Positions 41,626-51,237 are shown, counted from the first letter of the stretch. The stretch: 64,000 nucleotides of DNA from a candidate division WOR-3 bacterium (GCA_027050205.1 JALUCS010000104.1:1-64000), one strand, 5' to 3'. The notes: generated by a model from the sequence alone, not told the origin. Numbers and translations: made by a program.

Positions 41626-42612
41626 TTATATCTCCGGCATACGGGGGAATATCCGCCGTACGGTCTCCCAGTTATCCACCATCCACTCCACCGTTCTCCT
41701 TAGGCCCTCCTCAAGGGGTGTGGTCGGTTCCCAACCCAGCTCCCTGCGGATCTTACTGACGTCCGCCTTGGTTATGGGCAGGTCGGCCCGGTTGAAGGGG
41801 TACCTCTTGAGGTTTATCCTCCTGCCCGTGTATCTCTCCACCGTGGAGATGACAGCGTTCAGGGGGTGGTCCATCTCGTTCCCGACGTTGAATAGGGAGT
41901 ATCCTTTTATACTCCCATATGCCAGATAGGTGGCCTCGGCTACGTCGTCTATGTACGTGAAGCTCCTCCTCTGCGTACCGTCGCCGTACAGGGGGAATTC
42001 CTCGCCGGACAGGGCGGAGTATATCAACTTGAAAACGCTCATATCCGGCCTTCCCTTTGGGCCATAAACGGTGAAGTACCTAAGGACGGTGGCCTCTATG
42101 CCGTAGAGGTGGTGGTAGGTGTATAGGAGGTTCTCCGCCGCCTTCTTACTGACGGCGTAGGGAGATATGGGCCTGTCGGTCTTCATATCCTCACGGAAAG
42201 GGGCGGGGTGGCCGGCGTATATGGAGGAGGTTGAGGCCATCAGGATCTTCCCAATCCCCCTCTCCCGCATAACCTCAAGGATCCTCAAGGTCCCCAGGGT
42301 GTTGGTCCTGAAGTACGCCTCCGGGTCCCTTATGCTCGCCCTGACCCCAGCCTTCGCCCCTATGTGGAGTATCCCCTCAATATCCGGGGTTATGACACTG
42401 CGGAGGAACTCGCTATCTACGAAGTCCCCCTCGTAGAAGGTGAAGGACGGATGATCCTTGAGGTCTTCAAGGCGGAGGAGTTTGTACTCCCTCGGATAGT
42501 AGGGATCAAAGTTGTCTATGCCAACGACCTCGTACCCCCTCCTAAGGAACTCCTCCGCAACTTTACTCCCTATGAAACCGGCTGCGCCTGTTATAAGTAC
42601 CTTTCGGGACAT
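41626..42612 (-). CDS. NAD-dependent epimerase (UDP-glucuronate 4-epimerase-like)
   Basis: 'TGAAGFIG', 'AGVR', 'YAVSK', 'FTVYGP.GRPDM'. Confidence 0.92.
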   Translation of the reverse strand: MSRKVLITGAAGFIGSKVAEEFLRRGYEVVGIDNFDPYYPREYKLLRLEDLKDHPSFTFYEGDFVDSEFLRSVITPDIEGILHIGAKAGVRASIRDPEAYFRTNTLGTLRILEVMRERGIGKILMASTSSIYAGHPAPFREDMKTDRPISPYAVSKKAAENLLYTYHHLYGIEATVLRYFTVYGPKGRPDMSVFKLIYSALSGEEFPLYGDGTQRRSFTYIDDVAEATYLAYGSIKGYSLFNVGNEMDHPLNAVISTVERYTGRRINLKRYPFNRADLPITKADVSKIRRELGWEPTTPLEEGLRRTVEWMVDNWETVRRIFPRMPEI

Positions 42613-42637
42613 GTAAGTGGGGGATTGTACGGTGGGA

Positions 42638-42934
42638 TCAGAGGCGGAGTTTGTCCGCCCACGTACCTACCAACGGTAGAGGCTCAACCTTGCCGGTTAG
42701 GGCCTGAAGCATCCCGAAGGCGGTCAGGTAGAGGAGGAAGACCAGTCCCAGGGGGGCGAGGACCGCCCAACCTACGAGGGGGACGAACCGCCAAACGAAG
42801 AGCCAGACCAACCATAGGGTGGAGAGGACGAAACCCTGCCGAATGTGAAAGATTACGAACTTATCTTTGGGCAGGAAGAGGATAAGGAGGAACAGAAAGG
42901 GAACGTAGGATAAGGCGGCCAGAATGCGGCTCAA
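42638..42934 (-). CDS. DUF4870-like membrane protein
   Basis: 'AALSY', 'FHIRQG', 'LPLVG'. Confidence 0.7.
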   Translation of the reverse strand: MSRILAALSYVPFLFLLILFLPKDKFVIFHIRQGFVLSTLWLVWLFVWRFVPLVGWAVLAPLGLVFLLYLTAFGMLQALTGKVEPLPLVGTWADKLRL

Positions 42935-43188
42935 GTTTTCCTACCTATGGGGGACAGGAACCGTACGAATCTGCCTTCGGTATCCGGTGCGAGGGCGTAT
43001 ATGTCGGGATAGGTTTCCCCTACCTCATCTTCACGGAGGGGGGAGTACCCCTCGGCCACGGAGAGTAGAGGCTCCACGTCTGGTACCTCCTCAAGGACGG
43101 AGACGAACTTCAAAATACTCTTGAAGTCTTCGGCTAAACCCTCGTCGGCCTCAAGGCGGGCGAGATGGGCTACCTTCCTTACGTCCAA
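42931..43188 (-). CDS. gatC: Asp/Glu-tRNA amidotransferase subunit C
   Basis: 'VRKVAHLARL', 'VEP', 'LRED', 'AP....F'. Confidence 0.88.
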   Translation of the reverse strand: MDVRKVAHLARLEADEGLAEDFKSILKFVSVLEEVPDVEPLLSVAEGYSPLREDEVGETYPDIYALAPDTEGRFVRFLSPIGRKT

Positions 43189-43189
43189 A

Positions 43190-43261
43190 CTGGGGCGGGA
43201 GGACTCGAACCTCCACTACCAGATCCAAAGTCTGGTGTGCTACCGATTACACCACGCCCCA
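43190..43261 (-). tRNA. tRNA-Gln (anticodon TTG), CCA not encoded
   Basis: TGGGGCG/CGCCCCA acceptor stem, CCAGA-CTTTGGA-TCTGG anticodon arm, GGTTCGAGTCC T-arm. Confidence 0.95.
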
Positions 43262-43291
43262 AAGGCTGGAATTATAACCCCGTTTTGCGTC

Positions 43292-44593
43292 TCACCGGAG
43301 AACGACCACCCTGCTGCCACCCCTCCACTTAACCAGATAAACCCCGGCCTTCCCTACCCACGCTCCACCTCTGCGCACCTCTCCAACGAGACGGCCGGCG
43401 GAGTCGTATATCCTCGCATCCTCATCAGCCTCTATCCTCCTGCCTTCAACCCTAAGGCCGAATCTCTCCTTCTTCCCCCTCTCCTCAACGGCAGTACCGA
43501 AGCGGTCAAGTATGAAGCCCTGAAATAGGCCCGTGGCGGAGTTGTAGCCGTAGCCTACGATGAACCGCCCGTTGGGAGAGATACCGTACGCTTCAATTAG
43601 CACGGAGGAGCCAAGGATGGAGGAGTACATCTCGTTCAGATCCCTCATACCGCTGTCCGGTGTCCATACGAAGGCTGCAGAGCTAAAACCTACGGGCAAT
43701 TCAAAGAACGGACGGTAGAACCGGCCGGTTTTCGGCTTCAGCTTCATTTTTCCGTTGTACGTAGGAAGGGCCGATGATCCCACCACCATATCACCGCTGT
43801 CGGATACACTGTTGGCAGCCGCCCCATCTCCTCCGAGGGTGCCGAGGTCCATCACGCTACCGTCGGCGTGCCAGAGAACAGCGCGCACAGAACCGGTGGA
43901 GTCCTCGGATCTCCCAACTAAGACGGAGCCGTCGTAGGAGACGTCAGATACGATGTTGAAGTTCCCTCCGAGCTGCGTCAGAAGCGTTAATGTCCCACTA
44001 TCCGGCACCCACCTGTAGTCAAGGTCAGCCGTGTCGTTCCAGACGTCCACACCTACGACCATGCCGTTGCCCGATACGGCGTTAGCGGAAGCAAAGGATC
44101 CCGGAATGTATAGGGTGTCCGTCATAACGCCGTTTATCATCCTCCAGGCGTACCCAGAGGTGGAGTCTATCACTGTCTCCCCTACTATTATACTATCCCC
44201 AGCAGCGCTGCATACGAAGCTGTTCGGCGGTATCTCGGGTATCACGACGGCCCCGCTGTCCCTCGTCCACTTGAAGACGTAGTAGTTCCCGTCCGAGGAG
44301 TCGGCGTATCCGAGGGCGAACCTACCTTCGGGGTCTACGTAGCACACCATACCCTCATTCACGGCGAAGCCGGGGCGGACGAGGGAGATCATACCTGAAT
44401 CAGGAGTCCAGATGAACGGGAGATAGGTCGTGTAGCCAGATGCGTACCAGTATCGGCCACCGGCGAGGTTTCCGTCGTTGGATATGGCTATCACGTCGTT
44501 CGTGTCCATACCGGGTGATGAGAGCCAGACGATGCTCTGCGCGTACGCAGGTATTACCCAAAAAATTGAGACAAGCGATAGAAACCTCCTCAT
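43292..44593 (-). CDS. Exported HAF-repeat protein with T9SS-like C-terminal domain, copy 1
   Basis: Signal peptide, 'DLGTLGG', 'S.DG..LVG' repeats, tail 'IYDSAGRLV..GVYLV'. Confidence 0.85.
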   Translation of the reverse strand: MRRFLSLVSIFWVIPAYAQSIVWLSSPGMDTNDVIAISNDGNLAGGRYWYASGYTTYLPFIWTPDSGMISLVRPGFAVNEGMVCYVDPEGRFALGYADSSDGNYYVFKWTRDSGAVVIPEIPPNSFVCSAAGDSIIVGETVIDSTSGYAWRMINGVMTDTLYIPGSFASANAVSGNGMVVGVDVWNDTADLDYRWVPDSGTLTLLTQLGGNFNIVSDVSYDGSVLVGRSEDSTGSVRAVLWHADGSVMDLGTLGGDGAAANSVSDSGDMVVGSSALPTYNGKMKLKPKTGRFYRPFFELPVGFSSAAFVWTPDSGMRDLNEMYSSILGSSVLIEAYGISPNGRFIVGYGYNSATGLFQGFILDRFGTAVEERGKKERFGLRVEGRRIEADEDARIYDSAGRLVGEVRRGGAWVGKAGVYLVKWRGGSRVVVLR

Positions 44594-44623
44594 GGCAGGG
44601 GTATTATAACCCCGTTTTGCGTC

Positions 44624-45928
44624 TCACCGGAGAACGACCACCCTGCTGCCGCCCCTCCACTTAACCAGATAAACCCCGGCCTTCCCTACCCACGCTCCAC
44701 CTCTGCGCACCTCTCCAACGAGACGGCCGGCGGAGTCGTATATCCTCGCATCCTCATCAGCCTCTATCCTCCTGCCTTCAACCCTAAGGCCGAATCTCTC
44801 CTTCTTCCCCCTCTCCTCAACGGCAGTACCGAAGCGGTCAAGTATGAAGCCCTGAAATAGGCCCGTGGCGGAGTTGTAGCCGTAGCCTACGATGAACCGC
44901 CCGTTGGGAGAGATACCGTACGCTTCAATTAGCACGGAGGAGCCAAGGATGGAGGAGTACATCTCGTTCAGATCCCTCATACCGCTGTCCGGTGTCCATA
45001 CGAAGGCTGCAGAGCTAAAACCTACGGGCAATTCAAAGAACGGACGGTAGAACCGGCCGGTTTTCGGCTTCAGCTTCATTTTTCCGTTGTACGTAGGAAG
45101 GGCCGATGATCCCACCACCATATCACCGCTGTCGGATACACTGTTGGCAGCCGCCCCATCTCCTCCGAGGGTGCCGAGGTCCATCACGCTACCGTCGGCG
45201 TGCCAGAGAACAGCGCGCACAGAACCGGTGGAGTCCTCGGATCTCCCAACTAAGACGGAGCCGTCGTAGGAGACGTCAGATACGATGTTGAAGTTCCCTC
45301 CGAGCTGCGTCAGAAGCGTTAATGTCCCACTATCCGGCACCCACCTGTAGTCAAGGTCAGCCGTGTCGTTCCAGACGTCCACACCTACGACCATGCCGTT
45401 GCCCGATACAGCGTTGGCAGACGTCGTGAATCCTGGAGGGTATAGGGTGTCCATCATAACGCCGTTTATCATCCTCCAGGAGAACCACAGGTATGTGGTC
45501 GTATCAAGGGTTGAGCCTACGATTATACTGTCCCCAGCAGCGCTGCATACGAAGCTGTTCGGCGGTATCTCGGGTATCACGACGGCTCCGCTGTCCCTCG
45601 TCCATTTGAAGATGTAGAACTTCCCGTCCGAGGAGTCGGCGTATCCGAGGGCAAACCTACCTTCGGGGTCTACGTAGCACACTGCACCCTCATTCATACC
45701 AAAGCCGGATCGGGCGAGGGAGATCATACCTAAGTCCGGCGTCCAGATGAACGGGAGATAGGTCGTGTAGCCGGATGCGTACCAGTACCGGCCTCCGGCG
45801 AGGCTTCCGTCGTTGGATATGGCTATCACATCGTTCGTATCCATACCGGGTGATGAGAGCCAGACGATGCTCTGCGCGTACGCAGGTACTACCCAAAAAA
45901 TTGAGACAAGCGATAGAAACCTCCTCAT
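44624..45928 (-). CDS. Exported HAF-repeat protein with T9SS-like C-terminal domain, copy 2
   Basis: Tandem paralog of 43292-44593; C-terminal ~260 aa identical. Confidence 0.85.
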   Translation of the reverse strand: MRRFLSLVSIFWVVPAYAQSIVWLSSPGMDTNDVIAISNDGSLAGGRYWYASGYTTYLPFIWTPDLGMISLARSGFGMNEGAVCYVDPEGRFALGYADSSDGKFYIFKWTRDSGAVVIPEIPPNSFVCSAAGDSIIVGSTLDTTTYLWFSWRMINGVMMDTLYPPGFTTSANAVSGNGMVVGVDVWNDTADLDYRWVPDSGTLTLLTQLGGNFNIVSDVSYDGSVLVGRSEDSTGSVRAVLWHADGSVMDLGTLGGDGAAANSVSDSGDMVVGSSALPTYNGKMKLKPKTGRFYRPFFELPVGFSSAAFVWTPDSGMRDLNEMYSSILGSSVLIEAYGISPNGRFIVGYGYNSATGLFQGFILDRFGTAVEERGKKERFGLRVEGRRIEADEDARIYDSAGRLVGEVRRGGAWVGKAGVYLVKWRGGSRVVVLR

Positions 45929-45949
45929 GGCAGGGGTATTATAACCCCG

Positions 45950-47122
45950 TTATACGAACTCCGGCTCTATCTGTACGGTTTGCTTAAGGTAGTCGTAGGC
46001 CTTCCTTATGAGGTAGCGGCTCCGAAGCTCCTCGTACTTCCCCCTCTTCTTGGCCTCCTCAAGGAACTTCTCCGGGTTGGCCTCCCCCTCCTCCTTCAGG
46101 TACTGCACTATCTCCTCGTCCGTTATGTCTAGTCCCTTCTCCTCTATGACCTTGAGGATGATCAGGTCGCGGGCCACTATGAAGGCGGCGTTCTGAATAG
46201 CGACCTCTTCCACCTCCTCCGGGGCCACCTGCTCTTCTATCTGGGGCTTGATATCCTTATAGACCCTAAGGACGAGGGAAGGGGGCGGATCAAACGGGGC
46301 GAGGCGGAGGATCTCCTGAATTATGGCGTTCTCAAGCTCGTACTCGGCCTGCTTCTGGGCCTCCTCTATCAGTTCCTCCCTTATCTTCTCCCTCATCTCC
46401 TCCGGTGAGGTGTAGCCGAGAAGCTCCGCCAATTCCTCGTCCGACGGGTACTGAACCTCAAGCACCTTCTTTATGACGTACACTTCCTCCTCTCCCTCCT
46501 CCTCACCGGGGAGTACGACCTCGTCCCCCACCTTCTTACCGAGGATGGCGTTGTACAGCTCCTCATCCAGTTCGTCTGCCCGGACGTATATCCTTGCCCT
46601 CCTCCTCGTTCCCTCTTCGCCGTCCTTCCGAGTGAAGAACTCCGCCAGGACCACGTCCCCCTCCCTTACCTCCCGGTCTACGCTCTGGAGGGTAGCGTTC
46701 TCCTCCTTGAACTCCTGTATCCTCTCCTCAACGTCGGCGTCCGTTATCTGCTTTATGCGTTTCTTGACCCTTATCTGGCTTAGGTCGGGGAGGAATATCT
46801 CCGGATAGATCTCAAACTCAACCGTGAACTCGTAGGCGTCCTCCCCCTCACTCTTGGCCTTCACCCTCGGCGAGGATATGAGGTGCCAACCCCTCTCCTC
46901 AACGAGTTTCTTGACCTCCTCGTTCAGGGCCTCTATAACCGCCTCCTCCTCTATCTCCTCGGCAAACCTACGCTTTATCAGGGAGATAGGGGCCTTTCCG
47001 GGCCGGAACCCCGGCATCTTCACCCTCCGGGCGAGCCTGCGGGCGACCTTATCCCTGTACTTTTCAAGCTCCTCCTTGGGTATGACTATCTTCTCTTCCT
47101 TTACGGACTTCCTCTCTTCCAT
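45950..47122 (-). CDS. tig: Trigger factor
   Basis: 'MPGFRPGKAP' ribosome-binding motif, 'F..EFE.YPE'. Confidence 0.92.
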   Translation of the reverse strand: MEERKSVKEEKIVIPKEELEKYRDKVARRLARRVKMPGFRPGKAPISLIKRRFAEEIEEEAVIEALNEEVKKLVEERGWHLISSPRVKAKSEGEDAYEFTVEFEIYPEIFLPDLSQIRVKKRIKQITDADVEERIQEFKEENATLQSVDREVREGDVVLAEFFTRKDGEEGTRRRARIYVRADELDEELYNAILGKKVGDEVVLPGEEEGEEEVYVIKKVLEVQYPSDEELAELLGYTSPEEMREKIREELIEEAQKQAEYELENAIIQEILRLAPFDPPPSLVLRVYKDIKPQIEEQVAPEEVEEVAIQNAAFIVARDLIILKVIEEKGLDITDEEIVQYLKEEGEANPEKFLEEAKKRGKYEELRSRYLIRKAYDYLKQTVQIEPEFV

Positions 47123-47189
47123 AAGCGGCTATTCTACTGGAGAAAGTCAGGTGGAAAGACGGGGCGCTTTGGCCTTAAAATACCTGTTG

Positions 47190-48965
47190 ATGGTTATACT
47201 CTTCGTATCGCAGTCGGTTTCACAGAGTGATTGGTCGGGGGGACCGGGGGTATGCGGTCCCGTCTCAACGTGGGGAAACACCTTCTGCTCGGCCGACTCC
47301 TCCGCCTTCTACGAGTTTCCGGGGAAACTGCGATTGAAGGGCGTATTCCGGACGCTTGAGGAGTACCTCGTAGATGGGAGTATGGGCGGGTACGACAACA
47401 ACCCCGATATTGTGGATCTGGATCTGGACGGAGACAAGGACCTACTCGCTGCGAACGAGCCTTCCCCCGATGCCCTGTACTGGTACGAGAATGCCGGATG
47501 CGGTAGTTTTACGAGATACACCATAGACAACCCCTACAGTCCCGACGAGGTGGTGGCCTTTGACTGGAGAGGGGACGGGGATTTGGACGTACTCCTGTCC
47601 TCCTATCCCAGCGAGGACCTCATCCTCTACGAGAACGACGGTGCGATGGGTTTCACCAAGGTGGTGGTGGACGGCGACGTGTATCCTCCGGCCTCGCAGA
47701 GCCAGGGGGTGGCCGTCGGGGATCTGGACGGCGATGGGGACTACGACCTCGTCGCCACTACCATAGGGGGAGGCTCAATTCACTGGTACGAGCAGCAGTA
47801 CCCTAACTGGGTAAAGCACACCCTTATGACAGGCCAAGGGGACTCCTACGACGTGGAGGTGGCCGACTTTGACGGGGATGGGGATCTGGACATAGTGCAG
47901 GCCGCCCGGACGGAGGTCTATCTGTTTGAGAACGACGGGTCAGGGAACTTCACAGCCCACACCATAGACGGTACGACTTCCTTCGCCTTCAACCTGACCG
48001 TCGGCGACCTTGACGGCGATGGCGACCCGGACGTGGCCTTGACCGACGAGGGAGCCGGAAGCGTGATCCTCTACAGGAACGATGGGGGACTCACCTTTAC
48101 GAGGATAGTGATAGACAACACCCTCACCTCCCCCTACGGCATAGAGAAGGGGGATCTAGAACCGGACGGGGACTTGGACCTGATAGTGGCCGACAAGTTC
48201 GCCCAGAGGGTCCATATCTACCTCAACGACGGCTCCCTCGGTTTCACCAAGACGACTCCCGCCATACCCAACCGCCACTACTTCGGCGTGGGGATAGGGG
48301 ACCTCAACGGCGACGCCTCCCCGGACATCCTCGTTAGGGCCGGACTCCCGACCGCCCACGAGGGCCTCTGGTGGTACAAGACCGTCCTCAAGTACGAGCC
48401 TACGGCTACCCTGACCTCCTCTATCTTGGACGCCGGCGTATATAGGAGGTGGCTCCAGGTACAGGTGTCCTTCTCCAACTGTAACCCCTCCGCACCGGGG
48501 AAGGAGATACACGTCTATGTTAGGGCCTCACGCTACGGCTCCTCTTGGACGACTTGGATAGGGCCTTACGTCTTTACGGGTAGTGGAAGCAGGAACTTGA
48601 ACGACCCCTCCATACCGGGTTCAGACACGTTTGCGGTTGAGAGTTTCCGGTACCTGCAGTACAGGGTGGAGCTGTATGCGAACGCGGACTCTACCCTGAC
48701 GCCGATATTGGACGAGATAGTCTTCACGTACGACCCCCTCGGTAATGGGGGAGACCTGGCGGTAGGTGAGGCCGGGGAAGGTAAGTACGGAGTGAGGTTG
48801 GAGGGGAGGGTACTGAAGGTGAGGGGCAGGGGTGAGGTAAGGGTGATAGGTGTGGATGGTAGGGTGGTGGCCGAGGGGGTAGAGGAGGTGGTCGTAAGGC
48901 TGAAGCCGGGGGTCTACGGGGTATCCATTGAGGGCCGACCCGTAAGGTACATCGTGGTGAGGTAA
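47190..48965 (+). CDS. Exported FG-GAP/VCBS repeat protein with T9SS-like C-terminal domain
   Basis: Many 'DLDGDGD.D' and 'YENDG' repeats; start reassigned to ATG 47190 just after TAAAAT. Confidence 0.88.
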   Translation: MVILFVSQSVSQSDWSGGPGVCGPVSTWGNTFCSADSSAFYEFPGKLRLKGVFRTLEEYLVDGSMGGYDNNPDIVDLDLDGDKDLLAANEPSPDALYWYENAGCGSFTRYTIDNPYSPDEVVAFDWRGDGDLDVLLSSYPSEDLILYENDGAMGFTKVVVDGDVYPPASQSQGVAVGDLDGDGDYDLVATTIGGGSIHWYEQQYPNWVKHTLMTGQGDSYDVEVADFDGDGDLDIVQAARTEVYLFENDGSGNFTAHTIDGTTSFAFNLTVGDLDGDGDPDVALTDEGAGSVILYRNDGGLTFTRIVIDNTLTSPYGIEKGDLEPDGDLDLIVADKFAQRVHIYLNDGSLGFTKTTPAIPNRHYFGVGIGDLNGDASPDILVRAGLPTAHEGLWWYKTVLKYEPTATLTSSILDAGVYRRWLQVQVSFSNCNPSAPGKEIHVYVRASRYGSSWTTWIGPYVFTGSGSRNLNDPSIPGSDTFAVESFRYLQYRVELYANADSTLTPILDEIVFTYDPLGNGGDLAVGEAGEGKYGVRLEGRVLKVRGRGEVRVIGVDGRVVAEGVEEVVVRLKPGVYGVSIEGRPVRYIVVR

Positions 48966-49019
48966 GACCCCACGCGGATGGACCTACAGGGGTATAATAG
49001 GAGACCAAGGAGGACGAGC

Positions 49020-49601
49020 ATGATAGAAATCAGGATCCACGGTCGTGGAGGACAGGGGGCCGTAGTGGCCTCCGAGATCCTGGCCAAAGCCTTTTTCAAG
49101 GAGGGGAAGTACATACAGTCTTTCCCCCACTTTGGTGTGGAGAGGCGCGGCGCTCCCGTCGCCGCCTTCGTGCGCGTTGGAGACCCCGGAAGCCTCTTCG
49201 TCCGCACCAACATCTACGAGCCGGACCACATCATCGTTCTGGACCCCACGCTCCTTACGGCCGTAAACGTGATGGAGGGCCTCAAGCCCGGAGGGTGGAT
49301 AGTGGTCAACACCCCCCAGTCCCCGGAGGAGATAGTTGAGGAGGTGGGGATACCGCCCATGTACAAGGTAGCCACGGTGGACGCCACGTCCATAGCCATA
49401 AAGCACGGACTCGGCAGCAAGATGACGCCCATCGTGAATACGGCCATACTCGGAGCCTTCGTCCGGGCCTTCGGACAGCCCTCCCTTGAGAACCTCCTCG
49501 CCGCCATAAAGGAGGAGGTACCCGTAAAGCCGGAGGAGAACGCCGCCGCCGCGCGGGAGGCTTACGAGAGTACGAGGATCTTAGTACCACAGGAGGTGTA
49601 A
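49020..49601 (+). CDS. porC: Pyruvate/2-oxoacid:ferredoxin oxidoreductase gamma subunit
   Basis: 'EIRIHGRGGQG', 'FGVERRGAPV', 'NTAILGA'; SD AGGAGG. Confidence 0.93.
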   Translation: MIEIRIHGRGGQGAVVASEILAKAFFKEGKYIQSFPHFGVERRGAPVAAFVRVGDPGSLFVRTNIYEPDHIIVLDPTLLTAVNVMEGLKPGGWIVVNTPQSPEEIVEEVGIPPMYKVATVDATSIAIKHGLGSKMTPIVNTAILGAFVRAFGQPSLENLLAAIKEEVPVKPEENAAAAREAYESTRILVPQEV

Positions 49602-49602
49602 G

Positions 49603-51237
49603 ATGGCGAAGAAGTACGACTTCAAGGCTTCGGAGCTGCCCATATCTCCGATAACCCTGACCACCACCCTGGAGAACCCCACGGGTGGGTGGAGGAGCTA
49701 CAAGCCCGTGATAAAGAACAAGTCCGCCCCCTGTACTATGACCTGCCCCACGAAGGTACTCATCCCCCACTTCATAGACTCCCTCGTCAAGGGGGATCTG
49801 GACATGGCCGCCAACCTACTCCACAGGAACAACCCCTTCCCCTCCATAACCGGGCGCCTGTGCCACGCACCGTGTGAGCTGTCTTGCAACAGGGGTAAGT
49901 ACGACGAGCCGGTCTCTATAAAGCAGCTGGAGAGGTTCGTAGGGGACTACTACCTTGACAAGAAGGGCAAGCCCCCGAGGAGGGAGACGGGCAAGAGGGT
50001 GGCGATAATTGGCGGGGGCCTGGCCGGCCTTTCGGCGGCGTACTATTTGAGGTCCAAGGGCCACGAGGTGGTGGTGTACGACCGCAACCCCGAAGTCGGG
50101 GGCTACCTGCGGTACGCCGTCCCCGAGTACAGGCTACCCTTGGCCATCCTTGAGGCGGAGGTGGCCGCCCTTGAGAAGATGGGGGTGAAGTTCATAACCG
50201 GCGTTGAGGTGGGGAAGGACGTCCCCTTTGAGGAGTTGAGGACGAAGTACGACGCCGTCCTCGTAGCCCACGGCTCCTCGGCGGAGGTGAAACCCGACTT
50301 CCCCGGTGCGGACCTGCTGAAGTCCGGAAGGGAACTCCTTAAGGAGGTACGGGCCGGAAAGAGGCCGGAGGCCTCCGGAAGGGTGGCGGTGGTCGGAGAC
50401 GGTGGGACGGCCTTTGAGGTCGCCCGTGTCCTCAAGAGGCTCGGAGCCGACCCCTTCGTCATATACCCCTCCGGCAAGATAACCGTCCCCTTCCACGAGA
50501 GGCAGCTCCTGACGATGGCCGAGGAGGAGGGCATAAAGTTCTTCTTCGGCGAGATACCCGTAAAGGCCCAGAAGATGGACGGGATGATAGAGCTGACCGT
50601 CGCCGAGGCGGAGGATGGGGAGCCGGTGGCCGGTACCGAGCATGGGATGACCTTCAACGGGGTCTTCTACGCCTACGAGGGCAGGGTTGAGACCTCCTTC
50701 CTCCCCGACGAGATAGTTGAAGGTGGCTACGTCAAGGCCAGCCGCAAGGACGCTAAGACGCCCGTAGAGGGGGTCTTCGCCGCCGGAGAGGCCGTCCTCG
50801 GTCCCTCACCCGTCGCCAACATCGTATACTCCGGGAGGGTGGCCGCCGCCTCAATAGACGCCTACCTGAAGGGCAGGACCTACACCCCGGAGACCTTCCC
50901 GGAGGTGGTCGGGTACGACAGGATAATAACCGACTACTTCCCTCCCGCCCCCAGGGTGCCGGAGCTGAAACTCTCCGTGGAGGAGAGGGTAAGGTCCCTC
51001 ACCCGTGAGGAGGTGATAGGCTACACCCAGGAGCTGGCTATGAAGGAGGCGGAGAGGTGCTTCTCCTGCGGCTTCTGCAACGCCTGCGGCAACTGCTACG
51101 TCTTCTGCCCCGACTACACCATCAAGTGGGTCCACGGACGCCCGAAGGTGGACTACGAGTACTGCAAGGGGTGCGGGATATGCTCCGAGGAGTGTCCGAG
51201 GGGCGTGATAGACATGGTGAGGGAGAGGGAGTTTTGA
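49603..51237 (+). CDS. Delta-subunit/GltD-like FAD-Fe-S oxidoreductase fusion
   Basis: 'TGGWRSYKP', 'GRLCHAPCELSCNR', 'GGGLAG', two C-terminal CxxCxxCxxxCP motifs. Confidence 0.85.
   Translation: MAKKYDFKASELPISPITLTTTLENPTGGWRSYKPVIKNKSAPCTMTCPTKVLIPHFIDSLVKGDLDMAANLLHRNNPFPSITGRLCHAPCELSCNRGKYDEPVSIKQLERFVGDYYLDKKGKPPRRETGKRVAIIGGGLAGLSAAYYLRSKGHEVVVYDRNPEVGGYLRYAVPEYRLPLAILEAEVAALEKMGVKFITGVEVGKDVPFEELRTKYDAVLVAHGSSAEVKPDFPGADLLKSGRELLKEVRAGKRPEASGRVAVVGDGGTAFEVARVLKRLGADPFVIYPSGKITVPFHERQLLTMAEEEGIKFFFGEIPVKAQKMDGMIELTVAEAEDGEPVAGTEHGMTFNGVFYAYEGRVETSFLPDEIVEGGYVKASRKDAKTPVEGVFAAGEAVLGPSPVANIVYSGRVAAASIDAYLKGRTYTPETFPEVVGYDRIITDYFPPAPRVPELKLSVEERVRSLTREEVIGYTQELAMKEAERCFSCGFCNACGNCYVFCPDYTIKWVHGRPKVDYEYCKGCGICSEECPRGVIDMVREREF

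Larger units (their letters stand above)
43271..45951. repeat. Tandem duplication (units 43271-44602 and 44603-45937) bounded by three copies of ATTATAACCCCGTT
   Basis: 14-mer at 43271-43284, 44603-44616 and 45938-45951. Confidence 0.93.

Noticed and set aside
43190..43261. Prophage or genomic island integrated at tRNA-Gln
   Set aside because: No integrase and no duplicated tRNA 3' end seen; the duplication lies on the 5' side
43292..45928. Diversity-generating retroelement TR/VR pair
   Set aside because: Both copies are full genes, differences are not adenine-specific and include an indel, and no reverse transcriptase is present
46854..47189. N-terminal extension of the 703-aa ORF
   Set aside because: Overlaps tig in antisense; the likely start is ATG 47190 after TAAAAT. 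The same applies to the 9963 and 22125 extensions
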